DNA from: Eubacteriales bacterium | Lineage (GTDB): Bacteria > Bacillota > Clostridia > Oscillospirales > CAG-272 | Assembly (NCBI GenBank): GCA_045633005.1 | Contig: JAZQXT010000007.1 | Location: 62,709-126,708, forward strand | DNA: 64,000 nt | Reading direction: 5' to 3' | Part shown: one piece after another, positions 11,412 through 19,689 of the stretch | Position numbering within the stretch: position 1 is the stretch's first letter | Layout: each line of letters opens with the position of its first letter | Notes under the pieces: generated by a model | Databases searched by the model: none | What the model saw: only the letters and a program-made list of their open reading frames with translations | Told to the model about the DNA's origin: nothing | Program-made: the position numbers and the translations under genes

Positions 11412-11440
11412 TTGACAACTTCAAAAGTGCGTGATATAAT
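11412..11440 (+). promoter_or_regulatory. Sigma-A-type promoter
   Basis: TTGACA-N17-TATAAT. A second TTGACA sits 13 bp upstream. Confidence 0.55.
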
Positions 11441-11479
11441 AAAATGAATTTATATACAAATTTTATAAGGGGAATAAAG

Positions 11480-12973
11480 ATGAAAAGAATCATAGCTTTT
11501 GTGCTTACTATCGTTATGGCTCTGTCATGTATTGCCGTTTGCGCGTCAGCCGCCTCGGTGGGACTTGGCGACATCGACGGAAACGGCGCTCTTGACGGCG
11601 CGGATTACGTCGGGATAAAGGAAAGACTTATGAGCGGAGCGGAGCTTTCCGCGAACGAAAGGATACTTGCGGATGTTAACCGTGACGGCGTTGTTTCAAG
11701 CGCCGACGTCGTTACCGTCGTTGCCACCGTTCGCGGCGAGGTAAGGTTGCCCGTACACTCTTACGATAACGCGTGCGATAAGACCTGCAATACCTGCTCC
11801 TACGAGCGCACGGTTGGCGACCACGCTTATGATAGCGCGACAGACTACGTTTGCAATAATTGCGGAGCGTCAAGGGGACTTGTGGTCGGAATAAACGCGC
11901 GCCGCATCGGTGACGGATACGCGGAGCGCATCAAGTCCGAATTCGAGGAACATATGAAGGCTCGCGGTCTCTCCTGCACCGTAACGTACACCTCGCTCGG
12001 TGATAGCACGACGAGCGCCGCACAGCTCGGCACTCTCGTCACGGCGGCGGGCAATATCGACGTTCTGCTTGCCGCAGGTAATAACGTTGATTCCGCATCG
12101 GGAAGCGCTCTTACGATAAAGGAAAAGGCGTACCACGTCGTCAGATATAACGACGACGGTTCTCGCTACGCCGCAAGGCTTACGGATAATCCGCTTGCGG
12201 AAACGTTCTACGATTTCGTTACGGGTCAGTTCAAGCCCGAACCCATCCGCAGCAAGACCGATACGCTCGACATCCTCTTTATCGGTAACAGCTTTACCTA
12301 CTATAACGATATGCCTACCGCATATTTTGCACCAATATGCAAAGAGGGCGGCTACAAGGTAAACGTTACGTCTATTACAAACGGTGGACATTATCTTTAC
12401 GAGTTTGCCGATCCTAACGATACCTACGGCGCACAGGTAAAGACCGCGCTGACCAACAATAAATACGATATAGTTATCATTCAGGATCAGAGCAGAGGTC
12501 CTATCGTGTACCCGACGAAATTCTACAACGCAGCTCGCACCCTTGCGGCCATGGTCAAGGCTAACGGCGCTGAGCTCTACCTCTATTCGACTTGGGGCTA
12601 CAAGGAAGGCTATTCAAAGCTTTCGGAATGCGGCGGAACTACCGAGATAATGGAAATGAAGCTCCGCGCGGCTTACAGCGCAATAGCTGAGGAGATCGGC
12701 GCAAAGCTGGTTTATGCGGGCGTTGCAATGCTTGACATCCACCAGAACACCACGATAAACGTTTATCAGGACGACCTCTTCCATCCGCGTCCCGCGGGTT
12801 CGCTCACCGTTGCGTATACCTTCTACGCTACGCTGTTTGGCGAGGACCCCAGAGGCTTGACGTTTACTGGCGGTCTTACCGAGGCTAACGTTGCAAAGTT
12901 CAGACAAGCGGCGTTTGAGGCGGCGTTCTACCCCAATCCCGTAGATCCAAACTACGTTACCACGACAAAGTAA
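11480..12973 (+). CDS. Secreted protein: signal peptide, N-terminal dockerin module, Cys/His-rich repeat, C-terminal SGNH/DUF4886-like hydrolase domain
   Basis: MKRIIAFVLTIVMALSCIAVCASA signal peptide. Dockerin repeats GDIDGNGALDGADY and ADVNRDGVVSSADV. Hydrolase-like blocks LFIGNSFTYYNDMP, IVIIQDQS, DDLFHP. Start chosen at the internal Met because the promoter overlaps the upstream extension. Confidence 0.7.
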   Translation: MKRIIAFVLTIVMALSCIAVCASAASVGLGDIDGNGALDGADYVGIKERLMSGAELSANERILADVNRDGVVSSADVVTVVATVRGEVRLPVHSYDNACDKTCNTCSYERTVGDHAYDSATDYVCNNCGASRGLVVGINARRIGDGYAERIKSEFEEHMKARGLSCTVTYTSLGDSTTSAAQLGTLVTAAGNIDVLLAAGNNVDSASGSALTIKEKAYHVVRYNDDGSRYAARLTDNPLAETFYDFVTGQFKPEPIRSKTDTLDILFIGNSFTYYNDMPTAYFAPICKEGGYKVNVTSITNGGHYLYEFADPNDTYGAQVKTALTNNKYDIVIIQDQSRGPIVYPTKFYNAARTLAAMVKANGAELYLYSTWGYKEGYSKLSECGGTTEIMEMKLRAAYSAIAEEIGAKLVYAGVAMLDIHQNTTINVYQDDLFHPRPAGSLTVAYTFYATLFGEDPRGLTFTGGLTEANVAKFRQAAFEAAFYPNPVDPNYVTTTK

Positions 12974-12992
12974 CGGCAAATAAATAACCACG

Positions 12993-13024
12993 AAAGCGGC
13001 GTTCTTCGGAATGCCGCTTTTTTG
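12993..13024 (+). terminator. Rho-independent terminator
   Basis: aaagcggcgttc / gaatgccgcttt stem, ttcg loop, T-run. Confidence 0.8.
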
Positions 13025-13026
13025 TA

Positions 13027-13055
13027 GCATAAAATTCAACATCCGAGGAAAAATA
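13027..13055 (+). promoter_or_regulatory. Forespore-type (sigma-F/G-like) promoter candidate for spoVAD
   Basis: GCATA-N15-GGAAAAATA fits the B. subtilis sigma-F-type consensus GCATR-N15-GGHRARHTX as I recall it. About 30 nt upstream of spoVAD. Confidence 0.4.
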
Positions 13056-13082
13056 TAAACAGCAAATAAAATGGAGGCTCGG

Positions 13083-14090
13083 ATGGGCAGAAAAGCAATA
13101 AGCACGCGCGGAGCGTGCGTGTTAGCCGCCGCATCGGCGGTAGGAAAAAAAGAATTTGAAGGGCCGCTTGGGGATAAATTTGACGTGCACGACGTGACCG
13201 ACCGCTTTGGAGCGCCGACGTTTGAGCAGTCGGAAAGCGAGATGCAGCGCATAGCGCTCGGTCTGGCGCTCGGCAAGGCGGGGGTGAGTGCCAACGCGCT
13301 TGACGCGCTTTTTGCGGGAGACCTCTTAAATCAATGTGTCGGCTCGGCGTTTGGCTTGCTTGAATACGACGTGCCGTATTTCGGACTTTACGGCGCGTGC
13401 TCCACGGCGGCGGAGGGACTCTTACTGTCCTCGATGCTCGTTTCAAGCGGAGTGCTTGACCTCGCCGCCGCCGTCACATCGTCGCACAACGCGGCGGCGG
13501 AGCGGCAATACCGCAATCCGCTTGAATACGGCGGTCAGCGCACGCCCACGTCACAATGGACGGTCACGGGCGCGGCAGCTTTCGTAGTCGGAAGGGGCGG
13601 CACGCCTCTTGCAGAGATCACCGACGTGATGCCCGGCATTGTCGTGGAAAAGGGAATTGCGGACGCGAACAATATGGGCGCGGCTATGGCTCCCGCCGCG
13701 CTTGATACCTTGCTCGCGTATTTTGAAGCCACGGGCAAGGCTCCGTGCGATTTCGACGGAATATACACGGGTGACCTCGGCGCGGAGGGAAGCTCCATAC
13801 TTGGCGAGTTGCTTGAAGCGTCGGGCGTAAGCTGCGTGGATAAGCTCTTCGATTGCGGCGTGATGATATACGACCGCAAGCGGCAGGACGTTCACGCGGG
13901 CGGATCGGGTTGCGGTTGCTCTGCGGTAGTTGCCGCGGCGCATCTTCTGCCCGATCTTTGCGCGGGCAAGCAAAAAAGCATACTTTTCATCGGCACGGGC
14001 GCGATGATGAGCCCGTCAAGCTCAAAGCAGGGCAACGCGATACCCGCCGTCGCGCACCTCGTTCATCTTACTGGAAGGGGGAGGGAATAA
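13083..14090 (+). CDS. spoVAD: Stage V sporulation protein AD
   Basis: Thiolase-like SpoVAD pattern (KKEFEGPLGDKFD, AGDLLNQC, GLYGACST). GGAGG lies 5 nt upstream of ATG 13083. Confidence 0.9.
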   Translation: MGRKAISTRGACVLAAASAVGKKEFEGPLGDKFDVHDVTDRFGAPTFEQSESEMQRIALGLALGKAGVSANALDALFAGDLLNQCVGSAFGLLEYDVPYFGLYGACSTAAEGLLLSSMLVSSGVLDLAAAVTSSHNAAAERQYRNPLEYGGQRTPTSQWTVTGAAAFVVGRGGTPLAEITDVMPGIVVEKGIADANNMGAAMAPAALDTLLAYFEATGKAPCDFDGIYTGDLGAEGSSILGELLEASGVSCVDKLFDCGVMIYDRKRQDVHAGGSGCGCSAVVAAAHLLPDLCAGKQKSILFIGTGAMMSPSSSKQGNAIPAVAHLVHLTGRGRE

Positions 14091-14446
14091 TGGACTATAT
14101 ACGCGCTTTTTTGGTCGGCGGCGCGATATGCGTCATCGCGCAGATATTTATCGACCGCACGAAGCTAACACCCGCGCGAATACTCGTCGGCTACGTCGTC
14201 GCGGGCGTGATACTCGGCGCGCTCGGCATCTATCCGCACCTTATCGAATTTGCGGGCGCGGGCGCAAGCGTTCCGCTTTCGGGCTTTGGAAACGTGATAG
14301 CCGAGGGCATGCGCAAGGCGATTGCGGAGCGCGGCTTTCTCGGAATATTCACGGGAAGTCTCAGCGCCGCCGCGGGCGGCACAGCCGCGGCACTCGTCTT
14401 TGCCTTTGTTGCCGCTTGCTTTGCGCGAAGCAAGCCGAAATCGTAA
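14090..14446 (+). CDS. spoVAE: Stage V sporulation protein AE
   Basis: 118-aa, 3-4 TM protein starting MDYIRAFLVGGAICVIAQIFID. Its ATG overlaps the spoVAD stop (TAATG). The long upstream extension in the ORF track (13853) was rejected. Confidence 0.85.
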   Translation: MDYIRAFLVGGAICVIAQIFIDRTKLTPARILVGYVVAGVILGALGIYPHLIEFAGAGASVPLSGFGNVIAEGMRKAIAERGFLGIFTGSLSAAAGGTAAALVFAFVAACFARSKPKS

Positions 14447-14449
14447 AAG

Positions 14450-14486
14450 AAAAGCCGCAGAAGTCTGCGGCTTTTCTTGCTTTTTT
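14450..14486 (+). terminator. Rho-independent terminator
   Basis: aaaagccgcag / ctgcggctttt stem, aagt loop, T-rich tail. Confidence 0.8.
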
Positions 14487-14525
14487 CCGCGGAGCGTGGT
14501 AAAATAAAGAAAAGAGGTGTTGAGT

Positions 14526-15266
14526 ATGAAAAAAATTCGAAAAATATTGATAATAGCACTCGGCGGCATCGTTTTTATTAACGCCGTTGCCGTTTCGTTT
14601 TTGCAAAACGCCAACGCGGGACTTTTTGCAACCTACGCGCTCGGACTTTTCTTGATATTCGTGGGCGTGTTTTTTGATAAATTGCTTGAAAAAATTCCCA
14701 AATGGCTGAAAATATCGTTTTTGTCAGCCGTCGGCGTGGCGGTGGCGTTCATTTGCGTGCTGTTCATCTACGGAGACTGCGATAACGTTACTTACTCCGA
14801 GGATGCCGTTATAGTGCTTGGTGCGGGCATACGGGGCGAGGAGCCAACCGAAACGCTTGCCAAAAGACTTGACATGGCGATTGAGTATCATAAAAAGAAC
14901 CCCGACGCCGTGATAGTGGTGAGCGGCGGTCAGGGGCAAAACGAGGATATTACCGAGGCACTTGCTATGGAGCGATATCTCGTTGCCGCGGGCGTGGCGG
15001 CGGATAAAATAATAAAGGAGGAGCGCTCGACGAGTACGGCGGAGAATTTCACCTATTCCAAGGAGCTGCTCGACTCGCATTTTGACGGTGAGTACAGCGT
15101 GGCGTTTATAACCAACGATTTTCATATCATGCGCGCCGCCCTTGCCGCATCGCGCAGCGGCTACGCGGGCGCAACGCACGCCCACTCGTCCACGGCGTTT
15201 TATACCTTCCTCCCCAATACTCTGCGCGAATGCCTCGCATTCGTCAAATATCTCGTTTTTCCGTAA
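14526..15266 (+). CDS. DUF218 (YdcF/SanA/ElyC-like) membrane-anchored protein
   Basis: N-terminal TM helices, then the pattern AVIVLGAGIRG...VIVVSGGQG...EALAMERYL...STSTAENF. Confidence 0.8.
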   Translation: MKKIRKILIIALGGIVFINAVAVSFLQNANAGLFATYALGLFLIFVGVFFDKLLEKIPKWLKISFLSAVGVAVAFICVLFIYGDCDNVTYSEDAVIVLGAGIRGEEPTETLAKRLDMAIEYHKKNPDAVIVVSGGQGQNEDITEALAMERYLVAAGVAADKIIKEERSTSTAENFTYSKELLDSHFDGEYSVAFITNDFHIMRAALAASRSGYAGATHAHSSTAFYTFLPNTLRECLAFVKYLVFP

Positions 15267-15298
15267 AAGTAATGTATTAACAAAAATGCGATTTTAGG

Positions 15299-15327
15299 TT
15301 GACAATATCCTAAAATTTGTGTATAAT
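15299..15327 (+). promoter_or_regulatory. Promoter of the phd-doc operon with flanking inverted repeats
   Basis: TTGACA-N17-TATAAT. Inverted repeat ACAATAT (15302-15308) / ATATTGT (15326-15332) and palindrome TGATATCA (15335-15342) are candidate autoregulatory operators. Confidence 0.55.
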
Positions 15328-15359
15328 ATTGTTGTGATATCAATATGGAGGTAACTGTA

Positions 15360-15602
15360 ATGAATTTGAATACTAATCAGATAGTTTCGATTTCCGAGGC
15401 AAACCAGAACTTTTCCCGCGTGGCGAGAATGGCTGACAAGCACGGAGAGCTTTATATTTTCAAAAACAACAAACCAAAATACAAGCTGGTGGATATTGAG
15501 CACGATACCGCCATCGAAATGACCGACGACGAGAAAATAGATTTTGTTGCGGCGAGAATTTTGAGGATGTACCGCCCTGCATTCGAGGAGCTTGCTAAAT
15601 GA
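15360..15602 (+). CDS. phd: Phd/YefM-family type II antitoxin
   Basis: Sequence MNLNTNQIVSISEANQNFSRV...LYIFKNNKPKYKLV. GGAGG lies 8 nt upstream. Stop overlaps the toxin start (ATGA). Confidence 0.8.
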   Translation: MNLNTNQIVSISEANQNFSRVARMADKHGELYIFKNNKPKYKLVDIEHDTAIEMTDDEKIDFVAARILRMYRPAFEELAK

Positions 15603-15976
15603 TAAAATTCAGTCAGGAAAAGGTGCTTTTGTTGCACAAGCTTATCACCGAAGAAACGGGTGGAGATCCAAGCGTAAGAGACCTTGCGCTTCTGAACAGC
15701 GCGCTCGAATCGGCGTTTGCTATCTTTGACGGCAAAGAACTTTATCCAACCAAGCAAGAAAAGGGCGCGCGCATCGGCTTTTCGCTTATTTCAAACCACG
15801 CTTTCGTGGACGGAAATAAAAGAATAGGAATGTACGTGCTTTTGACTTTTCTTGAAACCAACGGAATCAAGCTGCGCCCCACTAACGCAGAGGTCGCGCG
15901 TGTCGGTCTTGCCGTTGCGGCGGGCGAGATGAAATATCAGGAGCTGCTTGAATGGATATTAGAAAATGAGGCGTGA
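15599..15976 (+). CDS. doc: Doc (death-on-curing) Fic-fold toxin
   Basis: Fic/Doc motif HAFVDGNKRIG. 125 aa. Confidence 0.9.
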   Translation: MIKFSQEKVLLLHKLITEETGGDPSVRDLALLNSALESAFAIFDGKELYPTKQEKGARIGFSLISNHAFVDGNKRIGMYVLLTFLETNGIKLRPTNAEVARVGLAVAAGEMKYQELLEWILENEA

Positions 15977-16025
15977 TATCGCAATAGCTTATTACTTTCA
16001 AATCAATTTTCACAGCAGAAATAAC

Positions 16026-16079
16026 ACTTGCCCCTTATCCGACTCACCGCTTGGTGCGTCGGATAAGGGGCAAGTTTTT
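16026..16079. terminator. Bidirectional terminator between doc and spoIVB
   Basis: Perfect 18-bp stem acttgccccttatccgac / gtcggataaggggcaagt, followed by TTTT. Confidence 0.8.
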
Positions 16080-16098
16080 ATTAACTTGCTCGTTGATT

Positions 16099-17148
16099 TT
16101 ATTCCCTCGCAAGCATATTTTCGATAAATATCCCGTAGCCTGCCGTGGGGTCGCTGACAAGGACGTGTGTGACCGCGCCGACGAGCTTGCCGTTCTGGAT
16201 TATGGGACTGCCGCTCATTCCCTGAACGATGCCGCCCGTTATTGCGAGAAGGTCCGCGTCCGTCACCTTTACCGAGAAGCACCGTCCGCCCGACGCGCTT
16301 CGGTCTATCGCATAAAGCTCTACGGAGTATTCGTGCATCTGCCCCGAATCAAGAGTGCAAAGGATCTTCGCCGCGCCCTCCTTGACCTCCTTCGCGCTTG
16401 CTATCGGCATCGCGCCGTAGGAGGTCTTTGGTATCTCGCTGTAAATTCCAAACACGCCGCAATCCGTGTTTTTTATCACCGCGCCGAGCTTTGAGGACTC
16501 AAAATATCCCTTTATCTCCCCGGGTGCGCCTACGCTTCCCTTCGTGATGCCGCTGATATTTACGCCAAGCACCACACCCCTGCCAAGCGGTAGGGGCTTG
16601 CCCGTGTCCGCATCGCAAATGCCGTGCCCGAGTCCGCCGAATGCGCCCGTCGCGGGATCGATATACGTCACCGTGCCGATGCCCGCGCCGCCGTCGCGCA
16701 CCCACATTCCCGCTTTATATTTGCCGTTTTCCTCGGCGCGTGGCGTGATCTTTACGGTAAAATCCGCTTTGTCGCGCCGACAGTAAAGCTCTACCGTGCG
16801 TCCGCCGCTCTTTTCGATAGCGTCGGTCAGGTCCTCCGCGCCGCGAAGCTCCTTGCCGTCCACCTTCAGCACCACGTCACCGATGCGAAGCCCCGCCGCG
16901 TACGCGGGGGAGCTGCCCTTTTCGGCAAAGCCCACTACAAGCACGCCGTCGGTGAAAAACCTGACGCCGAAGGTCATTCCCCCGGGTATGAGCATTTTCG
17001 GCTCGGCGGCGCAGAGTGCGGCGGAGCTTGCTTCGTCGGCGGAGGATAGTGCGGGCGAGCCCGAAATGAGAAGCGCAAGCGTCAGAGTTACAGCCGCCAA
17101 AAGCACTCCGAGTCGCCGTACGCCCTTTATTTTTGTTTTGAATCGCAT
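16099..17148 (-). CDS. spoIVB: SpoIVB signalling serine peptidase (S55)
   Basis: Signal/TM segment, PDZ (GLRIGDVVLKVDGKEL), S55 motifs GGLGHGI and GGIVQGMSGSPIIQNGKLVGAVTHV. Confidence 0.92.
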   Translation of the reverse strand: MRFKTKIKGVRRLGVLLAAVTLTLALLISGSPALSSADEASSAALCAAEPKMLIPGGMTFGVRFFTDGVLVVGFAEKGSSPAYAAGLRIGDVVLKVDGKELRGAEDLTDAIEKSGGRTVELYCRRDKADFTVKITPRAEENGKYKAGMWVRDGGAGIGTVTYIDPATGAFGGLGHGICDADTGKPLPLGRGVVLGVNISGITKGSVGAPGEIKGYFESSKLGAVIKNTDCGVFGIYSEIPKTSYGAMPIASAKEVKEGAAKILCTLDSGQMHEYSVELYAIDRSASGGRCFSVKVTDADLLAITGGIVQGMSGSPIIQNGKLVGAVTHVLVSDPTAGYGIFIENMLARE

Positions 17149-17368
17149 ATATCCACCATTTTGTCTCGTTTTGATTTTGCGGTTTTATCCGCACTAATAA
17201 TTTTCCCCCATCGGCGTTTTTAATGTGTAGTAAATTTCAATCGCCGTGCCAAATTTTCAATGTCACAAAATATGCTTTATTTTGTTAACAATCTATGATA
17301 TCTGTTGACTTTTGGTTAAAAAGGAATATAATTTATTTATAAACTAATTAATTTCGGAGGATTTTATT

Positions 17369-17836
17369 TTGAACAAAAAGATCATACACGATGATGAAAA
17401 TATAACTCCGCCTATGATAATAGGGCAGATATCCCGTATGCAGAGGAGCCGTATGCGCGAAAGCGAGCCTGAAAACTCAATAATGGCGCAAAATAGCTGT
17501 CGCGCGCTTTTTTGGAGCCTCGTCCACCGCGACGGCGTTACCCAACTTGAGCTTGCAGAGTCCACAAGGCTCAAGCCGCCTACGGTCAGCGTTGCACTAA
17601 AGCGTATGGAGGAGCAGGGCTACGTCAGGCGCGAGGCAGACCCCATGGATATGCGCGCGGTGCGCGTTTATCTGACGGACGAGGGCAGGGCGCTTGACGA
17701 AAGCCACCTTGACCGCATTCGCCGTATAGACGAGATAGCCATGCGCGGCATCAGCGAGGAGGAAACGAAGCTCCTTCGCGATCTGCTGATTAAAATGAGA
17801 AACAATCTCGCAAACGAGGAAGGCGAGGCGGAATGA
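17369..17836 (+). CDS. MarR-family transcriptional regulator
   Basis: Winged-HTH pattern (LELAESTRLKPPTVSVALKRMEEQGYVRRE...D.R). TTG start 8 nt after GGAGG. Stop overlaps the next start (ATGA). Confidence 0.85.
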   Translation: MNKKIIHDDENITPPMIIGQISRMQRSRMRESEPENSIMAQNSCRALFWSLVHRDGVTQLELAESTRLKPPTVSVALKRMEEQGYVRREADPMDMRAVRVYLTDEGRALDESHLDRIRRIDEIAMRGISEEETKLLRDLLIKMRNNLANEEGEAE

Positions 17837-19689
17837 AAAAGCTGTTTGAATACCTGAAGCCGTACAGGCTTCTTGCCGTGGTGTCGCCGCTTATGATGAT
17901 GGGCGAGGTAACGGCTGACCTTTGCCTTCCTTACCTTATGTCCTTCATCGTAAACTACGGCGTTGAGGGCATAAGCGTGACCGACCCGAATTTCGGCTCG
18001 CCGCTCGCGGCAACCATTCTTCGCGTGTTCACGGGCTCGACCGACGTCGGCAGAATGACTATGATAATAGTTTTCGGCGCGTTGATGCTCCTTATTACCA
18101 TTATCGGCGGATTTTTCGGCACGTTTTGCGCGTACACCGCCGCCCGCGCGTCGCAGGGCGTGGGACACGACCTGCGATGCGACGCATACCGCCGCGTGAT
18201 GTCGCTTTCCATCGAGCAGACGGACAAGTTCACCACGGGCTCGCTCGTCACGCGAATGACCAACGATATTACGCAAACGGTCGATTTCGTCGAGATGATA
18301 CTGCGAATGCTCGTGCGCTCGCCGATGTTCTTTATCGGCGGCACGTTTATGCTTTTGTCGCTCAATCTGAAATTCGGTACGGTGCTTCTTTGCGCTCTGC
18401 CCGTGATGGTCGCAATGCTTCTTTTCATCGTGGTGCGCTCCGTTCCGATATTTTCCGTGGTGCAAAAAAAGCTTGACAGGGTAAATTCCGTAGTTCAGGA
18501 AAACGTCAGCGGCGCGCGCGTCGTCAAGGCGTACGTCAGGGAGGACTACGAGTGCGAGCGTTTTGAGCGTGCCAACGGCGAGCTGCGCGACACCAACTTG
18601 CGCGTTATGCGCCTGCTTGCTATTATGCACCCCGTGCTTACGGTCATACTCGGATGCTCTATCACCGCCATCATTTATATCGGCGGCTGGCAGATAAATA
18701 TCGGCGCGGCGGGAATGACCACGGGCTCGGTCATGGCGGCTGTAACGTACTGCACGCAGGTCATCTTCTCGATGATGATGATAACCAATATGTTCCAATC
18801 CATCTCGCGTGCCGCCGCATCGACCAAGCGCATTTTCGAGGTGCTTGATACCGAGCCCGCCGTAGTCGGCGGCGAGGTAAAGGACGGCAAGGGCGGCGAG
18901 TACGCCGTGGAATTCAAAAACGTTTCCTTTTCTTACCCCGCCTCAACGGGCAGAGCGGTGCTTTCGGATATAAATCTTAAAATACGCCGCGGCGAAACGC
19001 TTGCCGTTATAGGCGCGACGGGCGTTGGAAAATCAAGCCTTGTGCAGATGATACCGCGCTTTTACGATGCGAGCGAGGGCGAGGTCATAGTCGACGGCGT
19101 TCCCGTAAAGGACTACGAGCTTTCCGCTCTGCGCAAAAAAATAGGCTTCGTTATGCAAAAAAGCGAGCTTTTCTCGGACACTATCGCGGGCAATATCCGC
19201 TGGGGCGACCCCGATGCGACGGACGAGGAGGTAAGGGCGGCGGCTGAAGCGGCGCAGGCATCGCCGTTCATCGACGGCTTTTCCGAGGGATATTCTACGT
19301 TTATTGCCGAAAAGGGCGCGTCCCTTTCGGGCGGACAAAAGCAAAGAACCTCTATCGCACGCGCGATGCTTCGCCGTCCCGAAATTCTCATTCTTGACGA
19401 CTCCACCTCAGCGCTTGACCTTGCGACCGAGGCAAAGCTGCGCCGCTCGATGCGCGCGCGCCTTGCCGACACCACGGTAATTATGATAGCGCAGAGAATA
19501 GCAAGCGTTCAGGATGCCGACAGAATCGCGGTCATAGAGTCGGACGGCACGATAGTTCACTGTGCGCCGCACGACGAACTTATGGAAATAAGCGAGACCT
19601 ACCGCGATATTTATTCCTCTCAGGTGCGCTCGGGTGCGCTGATAACTAAAAATGACGGCGAGGAGGTGGCTTCCGATGGCAGAGCGTGA
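17833..19689 (+). CDS. ABC multidrug-type exporter, permease/ATPase subunit A
   Basis: 6 TM, Walker A GATGVGKSS, signature LSGGQKQR, Walker B ILILDDSTSALD. Confidence 0.92.
   Translation: MKKLFEYLKPYRLLAVVSPLMMMGEVTADLCLPYLMSFIVNYGVEGISVTDPNFGSPLAATILRVFTGSTDVGRMTMIIVFGALMLLITIIGGFFGTFCAYTAARASQGVGHDLRCDAYRRVMSLSIEQTDKFTTGSLVTRMTNDITQTVDFVEMILRMLVRSPMFFIGGTFMLLSLNLKFGTVLLCALPVMVAMLLFIVVRSVPIFSVVQKKLDRVNSVVQENVSGARVVKAYVREDYECERFERANGELRDTNLRVMRLLAIMHPVLTVILGCSITAIIYIGGWQINIGAAGMTTGSVMAAVTYCTQVIFSMMMITNMFQSISRAAASTKRIFEVLDTEPAVVGGEVKDGKGGEYAVEFKNVSFSYPASTGRAVLSDINLKIRRGETLAVIGATGVGKSSLVQMIPRFYDASEGEVIVDGVPVKDYELSALRKKIGFVMQKSELFSDTIAGNIRWGDPDATDEEVRAAAEAAQASPFIDGFSEGYSTFIAEKGASLSGGQKQRTSIARAMLRRPEILILDDSTSALDLATEAKLRRSMRARLADTTVIMIAQRIASVQDADRIAVIESDGTIVHCAPHDELMEISETYRDIYSSQVRSGALITKNDGEEVASDGRA

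Noticed and set aside
9616-12973. Dockerin-bearing genes as evidence of a cellulosome locus.
   Set aside because: There is no cohesin or scaffoldin, and no glycoside hydrolase domain in the window. The catalytic domains are EEP and SGNH-like.
17149-17368. AT-rich palindromes (TTGTTAACAA at 17283-17292, TTTATAAA, AATTAATT) near the marR promoter as MarR operators. Also a partial sigma-F/G-like match (ACATT-N15-GGAAAATTA on the minus strand) upstream of spoIVB.
   Set aside because: Short palindromes are expected by chance in AT-rich DNA. The spoIVB -35 matches only 3 of 5 positions. The evidence is too weak to annotate.
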